Assembly: GCA_965228875.1 (NCBI GenBank)
Contig: OZ245843.1
Location: 2,338,616 to 2,402,615, forward strand
From: Thalassobaculaceae bacterium
GTDB lineage: Bacteria; Pseudomonadota; Alphaproteobacteria; Thalassobaculales; Thalassobaculaceae
Direction: 5' to 3'
Length of the DNA stretch: 64,000 bases
Positions 20,835 to 29,978 of the stretch are shown piece by piece (the stretch's first letter is position 1; every line of letters begins with the position of its first letter). The position numbers and the translations under genes were made by a program. The notes below the pieces were generated by a model, which saw only the letters and a program-made list of their open reading frames with translations, searched no databases and was not told the DNA's origin.

Positions 20835-21896
20835 ATGTCCAGCCGTCGATCCGCTCCCGCCCGCCCGCTCCGCGCGCTGCTCGCCACGGCGGCGCTGCTC
20901 GTCGGTGGCCTGGCCTTGGGCGGCATGGCCTTGGGCGGCCTGATCTCGGCCGGACTGACCTCGGGTAGCGCGGCGGCGCAGACACAAGCCGCGGCCCAGA
21001 CGCCGTCGGCACCGCCCTGCCGGCAGGCGGTGCTCGTCGTGGCGGGCGGTGCGGGAAGCGGGACGGACCTGATCGCCCGCGCCGTCGCCGACGCCGCCAA
21101 CCGTGCGGGCATCAAGCCGCCGCTCCGGGTCCGCAACATCGACGGCAACAGCGGCATCGACGGCGCTCGCACCGTGATGGAAGCGCCGGCCGACGGCTGC
21201 ATGATGCTGGCCGCGCACCAGGGTCTGCTGACCAACTTCCTGACCTGGAAGGCGCCATTCGCCTGGCACGAGTTCCGCCACGTGGCGCTGTTGACGCGCA
21301 CGCCGATGGTCCTGGTCGCCCCGACGGGCGCGCCCTACACGGACGCGCTGGAGATGTTCGAGACCGCACGCGACATACCGGTGACCGCCGCGGTCGGGCC
21401 GGGCACGGTCGGCGAGTTCGCCATGCGGGCGATGGCCAAGGCGATGGCGGTCGACCTCGACTACGATTCGATCAGCGGCGCGCGCGACCGGCTCAAGGCA
21501 CTGCTGGCGGATGAGGTGGACGTCATGCCGGTGCCGACGGCGCTGGCGAGACGGCTGCGCGAGACCCAGCAGGTGCGGCCGCTCGCGGTGACCGACCGGG
21601 AAGCGAGCACCGTACTCCCCGACCTGACAACGCTGCGCGACCAGGGCGTGCCGTTCGACTACGCCATCGAGATCGGCATTCTGTTGCCGGGTGCGGCCTC
21701 CGAGGAACTGGCGGCGCGGCTGGCCGGCGACCTGGAGAAAGCGCTGGCCGACCCCGCCCTTCGGACGGCGCTGGCGGCATTCGACGTGCGCGTCGAATAC
21801 CGCGCGCTGACGCAGTACACGATCTACTGGGAGAACCTGATGGCGTCCTGGCGCGAGATCGCCGTCGAGGCCGGATACGACCGCGCCACCCGGTAG
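20835..21896 (+). CDS. Divergent tripartite tricarboxylate transporter substrate-binding protein (Bug/TctC family)
   Basis: Signal-like N-terminus; GGAGSGTDLIAR, NIDGNSG, PADGC, RPLAV. Confidence 0.8.
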   Translation: MSSRRSAPARPLRALLATAALLVGGLALGGMALGGLISAGLTSGSAAAQTQAAAQTPSAPPCRQAVLVVAGGAGSGTDLIARAVADAANRAGIKPPLRVRNIDGNSGIDGARTVMEAPADGCMMLAAHQGLLTNFLTWKAPFAWHEFRHVALLTRTPMVLVAPTGAPYTDALEMFETARDIPVTAAVGPGTVGEFAMRAMAKAMAVDLDYDSISGARDRLKALLADEVDVMPVPTALARRLRETQQVRPLAVTDREASTVLPDLTTLRDQGVPFDYAIEIGILLPGAASEELAARLAGDLEKALADPALRTALAAFDVRVEYRALTQYTIYWENLMASWREIAVEAGYDRATR

Positions 21897-21936
21897 CGCG
21901 CCGGGCGGATCCACCGCCCACCATGTGGACGGTTGA

Positions 21937-21964
21937 TTGACACGCCTGACCGTGCGGCTATGTA
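21937..21964 (+). promoter_or_regulatory. Possible sigma70 promoter for the tctC-B-A operon
   Basis: Perfect TTGACA followed by TATGTA 16 nt downstream. Confidence 0.35.
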
Positions 21965-22075
21965 GGTGGCACGGTTGCGGCTTCGAAATCCGCCGAACGG
22001 CGGGGAACGGACCGCGACACAGACAGTCCGAAGACACATCCAGCCAATCAACAGGACGAACAGGGGACTCGACCT

Positions 22076-23056
22076 ATGACAGTCAAATCGACCCTTCTCG
22101 CGGCGGCAGCCGCCGCCGTCGTTGCCGGCGCGGCCTTCGCCTCCGCCCCGGCATCGGCCGCCGATATCAACTGCCGCACCGCCAAGCTGATCGTTCCGTG
22201 GGGTGCCGGCGGCGGCACCGACGTCATCTTCCGTCAGTTCGTCGAGGCGGTGAACGAGGCCGGCGCCGAGCCGGAGCTCCAGGTCGTGAACATCGGCGGC
22301 CAGGGCGGCAACAAGGGCGCCAAGGAAGCGGTCAAGGCGAAGCCGGACGGCTGCACCCTGTTCGCCATCCACCAGAGTGCGCTGACCAGCTTCTTCACCG
22401 GCCGCGTGGACTTCACCTGGGATGCGTTCGAGCCGGTCGCCATGCTGACCCGCACCCCGGCGATCTTCGGCGCCAACCCGGACGTTCCGTACAACAACGT
22501 CAAGGAACTGGTCGCCTACGCCAAGGAGAACCCGGGCAAGGTGAACGCCGGCGGCACGCTCGGCTCGACCAGCCACTTCGTCTACCTGCTGCTGGAAGAC
22601 GCGGCCGGCATCAAGTTCAACCACGTCTCCTATGACGGCACCCGCCAGCGCATGACGGCCCTGCTCGCCAAGAATATCGACACCGGCGAGATCAACCTGG
22701 CCGCGGCGAAGAAGTACATCACCTCGGGCGAGCTCAAGGCGCTGGGCATCACCACCGCCGAGCGCAACCCCGAGATCCCGGACGTGATGACCGTCACCGA
22801 GCAGGGCTACGACATGATCTACGGCACCGACCGTGGCGTCATGCTGCCGAAGGGCGCGTCGAAGGAGATCGTCGATCACTACGCCAAGCTGTTCGAGGCG
22901 GCGGCCAAGAACCCGAAGGTGATCGAGGCGATGGCCGCCAAGGGCACGGCGGTCAACTACCTCGACCCGGCGGCGGCGACCGCGTACTGGACGGACACGT
23001 TCAACACCTGGGGCCGGATCGCCAAGGAAGTCGGCATCTACAAGGCCGGCAGCTGA
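22076..23056 (+). CDS. tctC: Tripartite tricarboxylate transporter substrate-binding protein
   Basis: Signal peptide, IVPWGAGGGTD, NIGGQGG, KPDGC; strongly biased codon usage. Confidence 0.93.
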   Translation: MTVKSTLLAAAAAAVVAGAAFASAPASAADINCRTAKLIVPWGAGGGTDVIFRQFVEAVNEAGAEPELQVVNIGGQGGNKGAKEAVKAKPDGCTLFAIHQSALTSFFTGRVDFTWDAFEPVAMLTRTPAIFGANPDVPYNNVKELVAYAKENPGKVNAGGTLGSTSHFVYLLLEDAAGIKFNHVSYDGTRQRMTALLAKNIDTGEINLAAAKKYITSGELKALGITTAERNPEIPDVMTVTEQGYDMIYGTDRGVMLPKGASKEIVDHYAKLFEAAAKNPKVIEAMAAKGTAVNYLDPAAATAYWTDTFNTWGRIAKEVGIYKAGS

Positions 23057-23074
23057 TCCAGACCTGAACCGCGT

Positions 23075-23110
23075 CGGGCGCCGGCATTCGTGCCGGCGCC
23101 CGTTTCATTT
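23075..23110 (+). terminator. Intercistronic terminator or stabilising hairpin after tctC
   Basis: CGGGCGCCGGCA-TTCG-TGCCGGCGCCCG followed by TTTCATTT. Confidence 0.75.
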
Positions 23111-23156
23111 GGTACATTCCACGACAGGAATTCGCACGGGATTGGGGGGAAAGGAC

Positions 23157-23633
23157 ATGTCGGTGAACCGCGACACCATCGTCGCCATCGTTCTGCTGGC
23201 GTTCTGCGGCGTGCTCTGGCACGCGTCCTACGACATCGAGATCACCAATTACGGCACCATGGCCAGCACCGTCTGGCCGCGGATCATCATCGTCGCAATC
23301 GCCCTGTTCTCGGCCGTTCTGCTGGCGACCTCGCTGACAGCCCGCGAAGACGGCACGGAAGAGGCACAGCCGCTGCCTCTGCACCGGCGCTACCGCAACG
23401 CCGGCTTCATCTACGCCCTGTTCCTGCTGTTCCTCGTCACCCTGCCGGTGCTCGGCATGCATCTGGGCGGAGCGCTGTTCGTGTTCCTGGCGCTGACCGC
23501 CCTCGGGCGGCCGACGCCGAAGCTGATCGCCGTGCATGCGGCGGTCGCCGTCGTCTCGATCGGCGTGATGTGGTCGATCTTCACCTTCGGCCTGCGGGTG
23601 ATTCTCCCGCAGGGCGAAATCCTGCCGATCTGA
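23157..23633 (+). CDS. tctB: TTT small membrane subunit
   Basis: Four TM helices, WPR motif, C-terminal F..GLRVILPQG; AAGGA RBS. Confidence 0.88.
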   Translation: MSVNRDTIVAIVLLAFCGVLWHASYDIEITNYGTMASTVWPRIIIVAIALFSAVLLATSLTAREDGTEEAQPLPLHRRYRNAGFIYALFLLFLVTLPVLGMHLGGALFVFLALTALGRPTPKLIAVHAAVAVVSIGVMWSIFTFGLRVILPQGEILPI

Positions 23634-23645
23634 GGGGGCCGCGCG

Positions 23646-25325
23646 ATGATCATCGAGAACGTCCTGTTCGCCTTCCAGGAGGTTTTTCACTGGAAGAACC
23701 TCGGCCTGATGGTGCTCGGCACAACCGCCGGCCTGATCGCCGGTTCGATCCCGGGTTTCACCATCACCATGGCGGTGGTGCTCACCCTGCCCTTCACCTT
23801 CGGCCTGTCGCCGGTGGAGGGACTGTCGACCATGATCGGCGTGTTCGTCGGCGGCCTTTCCGGCGGCCTGATGTCGGGCATGCTGACCGGCATTCCCGGG
23901 ACACCCTCCTCGATCGCCACCACCTTCGACGGCTTTCCGATGGCCCGCAAGGGCCGACCGGGCCTGGCCCTGGGCCTCGGTGTCTGGTCGAGCTTCTTCG
24001 GCGGGATCCTGAGCGCGGTGTTGCTGGTCACCCTGGCGCCGAGCCTCGCCAAGATCGGCCTGGAGTTCGGGCCGTGGGACTACTTCGCCCTCGTGCTGTT
24101 CGCGCTCACGATTACCGCCAGCCTGTCCGGCGAGACGCTGATTAAGGGTATCATCGCCGGACTGCTCGGTCTGTTCGTCGCTGCGATCGGCGAGGATGAG
24201 ATCAACGGCGTCGCCCGCTTCACCTTCGGCAGCGAGACGCTGGAGAGCGGATTCGACTTCCTGCCGGTGCTGATTGGCCTGTTCGCTTTCAGCCAGCTCC
24301 TGTCCGACGTCCAGGACACCGACAAGGCACGCCGACCGCTCATGGAAGGGGTCGAAGCCAAGGGTATCCGGGTCGAGCATCTGGCGGCCATCCGCATGAT
24401 CTTCTCGCGCTGGGTCAACCTGGTGCGCTCCTCGGTGATCGGCGTGTTCACCGGCGTGCTGCCGGCCGCCGGCGGGTCGATCTCCAACATCCTGGCCTAC
24501 GACCAGGCCAAGAAGGCGTCGAAGACGCCGCAGGATTTCGGGACCGGCACCCCGGACGGCATCATCGCGCCGGAATCCTCGAACAACGCGACGGCCGGCG
24601 GCGCGCTGATCACCATGATGGCGCTCGGCATTCCGGGCGACGTGGTGACGGCGGTGATGCTCGGCGCACTGCTGATCCACAACGTGCAGCCGAGCCCGAG
24701 CTTCATCACCGACAATCCGGACCTCGCCTACGCGATCTTCATCGCGTTCTTCCTGGCCCACTTCATCATGATCGCCATGCAGGCGTTCTGCCTGCGCGCG
24801 TTCCTGCTGGTGGTGCGCATCCCGATGTACATGCTGGCGGCGGTGATCCTGGCCTATTGCGCGATCGGCGTATTCGCCCTGAACAACATCGCGGACGACA
24901 TCTGGACGCTCTTCATCTTCGGGCTGATCGGCTACGGCATGAAGCTGCTTGGCTTCCCGCTGGCGCCCATGATCCTCGGCGTGGTGCTCGGCCACGTGGC
25001 CGAACTGAACCTCAGCCGGGCGATCTCGCTGTCGGGCACCACCGACCAGTTCCTCCTGGACATGGTGCAGCGGCCCTGGGCGCTGTTCTTCCTGATCGTG
25101 GCCGCGTTCTCGATCGTGTTCCCCTGGTATCAGAAGGCGCGGGACACCGCGCGCTGGACCCTTGCCTACCTGCCGGCGCTGATGCTCTGCCTCGCCGTGC
25201 CGCTGGCGATGATGGAAGGCTGGCCGCGCACGCTGATCGCGGTGGTATTGGCGCTGGGTGCGGTTTATCTTCTGGTCCAGAGTGCGCGTCGGGGATGGAC
25301 GATCGGTTCCTCCGACACCGCCTGA
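23646..25325 (+). CDS. tctA: TTT large membrane subunit
   Basis: GSIPG, IPGTPSSIATTFDGFPM, APESSNNA, LGIPG; extra C-terminal hydrophobic segments. Confidence 0.93.
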   Translation: MIIENVLFAFQEVFHWKNLGLMVLGTTAGLIAGSIPGFTITMAVVLTLPFTFGLSPVEGLSTMIGVFVGGLSGGLMSGMLTGIPGTPSSIATTFDGFPMARKGRPGLALGLGVWSSFFGGILSAVLLVTLAPSLAKIGLEFGPWDYFALVLFALTITASLSGETLIKGIIAGLLGLFVAAIGEDEINGVARFTFGSETLESGFDFLPVLIGLFAFSQLLSDVQDTDKARRPLMEGVEAKGIRVEHLAAIRMIFSRWVNLVRSSVIGVFTGVLPAAGGSISNILAYDQAKKASKTPQDFGTGTPDGIIAPESSNNATAGGALITMMALGIPGDVVTAVMLGALLIHNVQPSPSFITDNPDLAYAIFIAFFLAHFIMIAMQAFCLRAFLLVVRIPMYMLAAVILAYCAIGVFALNNIADDIWTLFIFGLIGYGMKLLGFPLAPMILGVVLGHVAELNLSRAISLSGTTDQFLLDMVQRPWALFFLIVAAFSIVFPWYQKARDTARWTLAYLPALMLCLAVPLAMMEGWPRTLIAVVLALGAVYLLVQSARRGWTIGSSDTA

Positions 25326-25394
25326 TCCTGCCTGTCGGCCGAGCGGAATTCATCTCCGCGCAGGCCAGTCACCCGCAAGCCCCTGGGGAGCGTC

Positions 25395-26408
25395 ATGTCG
25401 CGTTTCGAGATCAAGCACCCGTACCTGCTGTTCCTGGGCGACGCCCCGGACCAGCTCGCCGCCAAGACCGCGAACGGCGTGAAGGTATGGCGCCCGGACT
25501 GGTGCCTGGGGCAGTTCCGCTTCCCGGACTGCAAGGCCGATCTCGGGCTCCCCGACATGAGCATCGAGGATGCGGCCGCGGCCGGCGTCAAGACCGTGAT
25601 CCTCGGCGTCGCCAACCGCGGCGGCTTCATCCCCGAGACCTGGATCGTGGAACTGGTCAAGGCGCTTAACCTGGGCATGGACATCGCCTCCGGCTTGCAC
25701 ACCCGGATCACGACGATTCCGGCGCTCAAGGAGGCGGCCGCCGCCAACGGCCGCGAGCTGTTCGACGTCCGCCACCCGACCCGCGACTACCCGGTGGCCA
25801 GCGGCGTGCCGCGCGCGGGCAAGCGCCTGCTGACCGTCGGCACCGACGTCTCCGTCGGCAAGATGTTCACCACCCTGGCCATCGAGAAGGAGATGCGGGC
25901 GCGCGGCATGAACGCCGATTTCCGCGCCACCGGCCAGACCGGCATCTTCATCGCCGGCTCGGGCCTGTCGGTCGACGCGGTGATCGCCGATTTCATCTCC
26001 GGCTCGATCGAGTGGCTGGCGCCCGAGAACAGCGACGACCACTGGGACCTGATCGAGGGTCAGGGCTCGCTCTACAACGTCTCCTATTCCGGCGTGACCC
26101 TGGGCCTGATCCACGGCAGTCAGGCCGACGCCCTGGTGATGTGCCACGAGATCGGCCGGCCGCACATGCGCGGCCTCCCGGACTATCAGGTGCCCGAGAT
26201 CCCGGTGGCGATGGAGACCATCCTGCACATGGCTAAGATGGTGAACTCCGACGTGAAGTTCGTTGGCGTGTCGCTGAACACCTCCAACGTCTCCGCCGAG
26301 GAGGCAGAGGCCTTCAAGCGCAAGACCGCCGAGGAGACCGGCCTGCCGGTGGTCGACCCGCTCAAGGACGGCGTGGCGCCGATCGTCGACAACCTGACCG
26401 CCTCCTGA
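25395..26408 (+). CDS. dgcN: DUF1611 family, DgcN-like D-glutamate N-acetyltransferase
   Basis: PYLLFLGD, AKTANG, GLH, VGTDVSVGKMFT, ATGQTG, DAVIADFISG, EGQGSL. Confidence 0.85.
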   Translation: MSRFEIKHPYLLFLGDAPDQLAAKTANGVKVWRPDWCLGQFRFPDCKADLGLPDMSIEDAAAAGVKTVILGVANRGGFIPETWIVELVKALNLGMDIASGLHTRITTIPALKEAAAANGRELFDVRHPTRDYPVASGVPRAGKRLLTVGTDVSVGKMFTTLAIEKEMRARGMNADFRATGQTGIFIAGSGLSVDAVIADFISGSIEWLAPENSDDHWDLIEGQGSLYNVSYSGVTLGLIHGSQADALVMCHEIGRPHMRGLPDYQVPEIPVAMETILHMAKMVNSDVKFVGVSLNTSNVSAEEAEAFKRKTAEETGLPVVDPLKDGVAPIVDNLTAS

Positions 26409-26427
26409 CGGCGTGTCGCCCGGCGGG

Positions 26428-26769
26428 GTGAGCGCCATCGCCGACCTGCTGCGCCCGGTCCTCGAGGATCGGGCGCGGACACGCCGGACCGTCACCTATG
26501 CCGATCTCGCCCGCGCCGCCGGCGTGCCGTCGCCCCATACCGTACACAAGACCGCCGAGGCGCTGGAGTTCCTGATGGCCGCCGACGCCGAGGCCGGCCG
26601 TCCCCTGCTCGCCGCAATCGCGGTGTCCAAGGCCCGCAACGGACTGCCCGCCCCCGGTTTCTTCCAGACCGCCGCGGAACTCGGTCTGTACTTCGGACCC
26701 GACCACGGCCCCCAGGCCGCCACCTACCACGCGCTGGAGCTGGAGAAGGTCTGGACGGCGTTCGCCTGA
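26428..26769 (+). CDS. Conserved hypothetical small protein (possible winged-HTH)
   Basis: TVTYADLAR..., GRPLLAAIAVSK, LPAPGFF; follows dgcN by 19 bp. Confidence 0.65.
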   Translation: MSAIADLLRPVLEDRARTRRTVTYADLARAAGVPSPHTVHKTAEALEFLMAADAEAGRPLLAAIAVSKARNGLPAPGFFQTAAELGLYFGPDHGPQAATYHALELEKVWTAFA

Positions 26770-26785
26770 GCGTCCCGACGCGCGC

Positions 26786-28057
26786 CTACCGGGTCGCATC
26801 GGCCCACAGGTGCAGGGCGCCGAGCTGGCTGAGGATCCGGTAGACCCCGGCGATGGCGGCATCCGCCCGCGACCGCTCCATGCCCTCGCCGGCCAGCGCG
26901 GCGCGAACCGCGCCGACGCTCGGTCCCGCCTTGAGCAGCGGCAGCACCCGGCACTCGTCATCGGAGAACCGGGCGCCACGCGTCAACTTCATGCCGCCAT
27001 AGGGCATGGTGATCTCGACCACCCGACCGGCCGCCCGCGACAAGGCTTCGAACGCCGCCGTACCCAGCGCCCCGGGCATCAGCCGGGTCGCGTCCTCGGT
27101 CAGCAGGGCGGCGGGCTCGACCGGCGCGCGCGCTCGCGAGACGGCAAAGACCTGGTGGATGTGCAGGATGCCCCGCAGCCATTCGCTCACCTGCGCCCGG
27201 TCGATCATCGACAGCGAGCGGACCTGGGCCTTGAGCGCGTCGGTCGGCATCAGCGGTACCGGGTCGTAGAGGAACGGGCACACGAAGCCCCGGATCGTCA
27301 GGCCGGCGGCCTGCAGCAGCCTCTCGAGTTCGGCGATGTCGAACGCCCGGTCGTTCGGGTTCAGGTAGCGATCGGCCAGCTCGATCGTGTCGCTTTTACC
27401 GAGGTCCGCCAGATGCGGGTTCTTGGCGATCCAGTTGTCCGGCGGCAGTCGGTCGAGCAGAGTCCGCATGGTCTCGACCGGATCGCCGGCGTCGGGGGCG
27501 CCGTTGAGCAGGCGGAGGGTGTTCTGCATCGGGTAGATGCCCGTCCGCCCGAGCCGGCCGTAGACCATGATGCCGATGCCGCCATGGGGCGCCAGCAGGC
27601 CGGACAGCACCTCCAGAACCGGTGCCGGCTCCGCCACGTGGTTGAGCACACCGGAGAAGTCGATGTAGTCGAACGGCGCGAGGTCCATTCCGGCCAGGCT
27701 CTCGATCGGCTGCACCAGGAACCGCACGTCATTCAGGCCGGCCCGCTCCGCCCGGCGTCGGGCCTCGGCGGCGGAACTGTCCGACAGGTCGACATATACG
27801 ATCTCCGGCGTGACGCCCTCCGACGCGAAGCCGGTGCCCAGAGCCTCCAAAGCCACCCCGGTCCCGCCGCCGGCGACCAGGACCCGGACCCGCTCGCCTA
27901 CCCGGTTGTCCAGCGCGTGGTGCACGGCGCACCAGGGCGTGCCGAGAATCGTCGCGCGCACGGTCCGGTCCGGATCGATCCGGGGATAGGGAAACGCCTC
28001 GTAGAACCGCTTCACCGCCTCGGTGCGGGTCTGCGGATCGGATCGGTCATCGCTCAT
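26786..28057 (-). CDS. Class I SAM-dependent methyltransferase
   Basis: FYEAFPYP, VLVAGGGTG, YVDLS, FDYIDFSGVLNH, MVYGRLGRTG. Confidence 0.88.
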   Translation of the reverse strand: MSDDRSDPQTRTEAVKRFYEAFPYPRIDPDRTVRATILGTPWCAVHHALDNRVGERVRVLVAGGGTGVALEALGTGFASEGVTPEIVYVDLSDSSAAEARRRAERAGLNDVRFLVQPIESLAGMDLAPFDYIDFSGVLNHVAEPAPVLEVLSGLLAPHGGIGIMVYGRLGRTGIYPMQNTLRLLNGAPDAGDPVETMRTLLDRLPPDNWIAKNPHLADLGKSDTIELADRYLNPNDRAFDIAELERLLQAAGLTIRGFVCPFLYDPVPLMPTDALKAQVRSLSMIDRAQVSEWLRGILHIHQVFAVSRARAPVEPAALLTEDATRLMPGALGTAAFEALSRAAGRVVEITMPYGGMKLTRGARFSDDECRVLPLLKAGPSVGAVRAALAGEGMERSRADAAIAGVYRILSQLGALHLWADATR

Positions 28058-28070
28058 CTGGCATCCGCCC

Positions 28071-28125
28071 AGCGGTCTCGGGTCAGCGGTCTCGGGTCAG
28101 CGTTTCAGGTCGGCGGTCTCGGGTC
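28071..28125. repeat. Four 13-14-bp tandem repeats RGCGGTCTCGGGTC
   Basis: Units at 28071, 28085, 28099 (degenerate) and 28112. Confidence 0.9.
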
Positions 28126-28213
28126 CGCCCGGCCGCCGTCGCGGCGCAAGGGCATGCATCGGCGCGGCCATGAATACGAAACGGCCATGCCCGCAGGCAA
28201 GGCCGTCGCCCGC

Positions 28214-29154
28214 TCAGTCAAGGCCGTCGGTCCCCGCCCCACAGACCACGGCACACACCGTCTCGCCCTCCCGGACCGTGACCGCGCCGCTCTGAAGGGC
28301 GGCGACGCCAGCGGCGCCGGCGAGTTCGGCGCCGATACCGCATTCAGTCCACAGCCAGCGCGCGGCCGTCCGCATCGACGCGTCGTCGACCAGGACGATG
28401 TCGTCGACATGGGCGGAGATCAAATCGTAGTTGATCTGCTCGCTGCGCCGCGGCGCCAGGGTCCCGGCCGCCGTGGCGATGGCGTCCAGGGTGACCAGCC
28501 CTCCGGACCTGCGGCTTTCGTAGTGTGTCGGCGCGCCGACCGGCTCGACGCCGACGATGCGACAGCCCGGCCGGAGCGCCTTGATCGCCGTGGCCACGCC
28601 GGAGATCAGCCCGCCGCCGCCGATGGCGATCACGACGGTATCGAGATCGGGGACCTGCTCGATCACCTCGAGGCCCAGGGTGCCCTGGCCGTTGATCACG
28701 GTCTCCGGCGCGAACGGGTGGACGAAGGTCAGACCGTCGCTCGCCGCTCTGGCCTGAGCGGCGACCGCTGCCTCGTCGAACACCGCCCCCTCGATCACCA
28801 CTTCGGCCCCCCAGCGCCGCAGCGCCTCGGCCTTGGCCGGCGGCGCGGAGGTCGGGAGGTACACGACGGCCCGCGACCCGCCCATCCACGCGGCATAGGC
28901 GACCGCCAGCCCGTGATTGCCGCCGGAGGCGGTGATCAGGCCGCGCGAGACCTGCGTCGGGTTCAACGACTTCAGGGTGTTGACCGCGCCGCGCACCTTG
29001 AACGAACCGGTCGGCTGCAGGAAGTCGAGCTTCAGCACCAGCCGACCGTCGGTCAGCGGCGCGAGCTGACCGACCGGCTCCAGCACCGGCGTATGCCGGA
29101 CGTGGCCGGCGATCCGCTCCCGCGCCGCGCGGATGGTATCGAGGGTGACCGCCA

Positions 29155-29155
<1 letters not shown>
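28214..29155 (-). CDS. PLP-dependent threonine/serine dehydratase family protein without regulatory domain
   Basis: QPTGSFKVRGA, ASGGNHG, HPF..GQGT, IGGGGL; the start overlaps the SDR stop. Confidence 0.9.
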
Positions 29156-29931
<776 letters not shown>

Positions 29932-29978
29932 TTAGCCCGGCGACAGGCGGGAGGGCAAGAGGGGACGGGGAAGGCCCC

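Noticed and set aside
28071..28125. Possible mini-CRISPR
   Set aside because: The units are 13-14 bp and contiguous, with no unique spacers and no cas genes.
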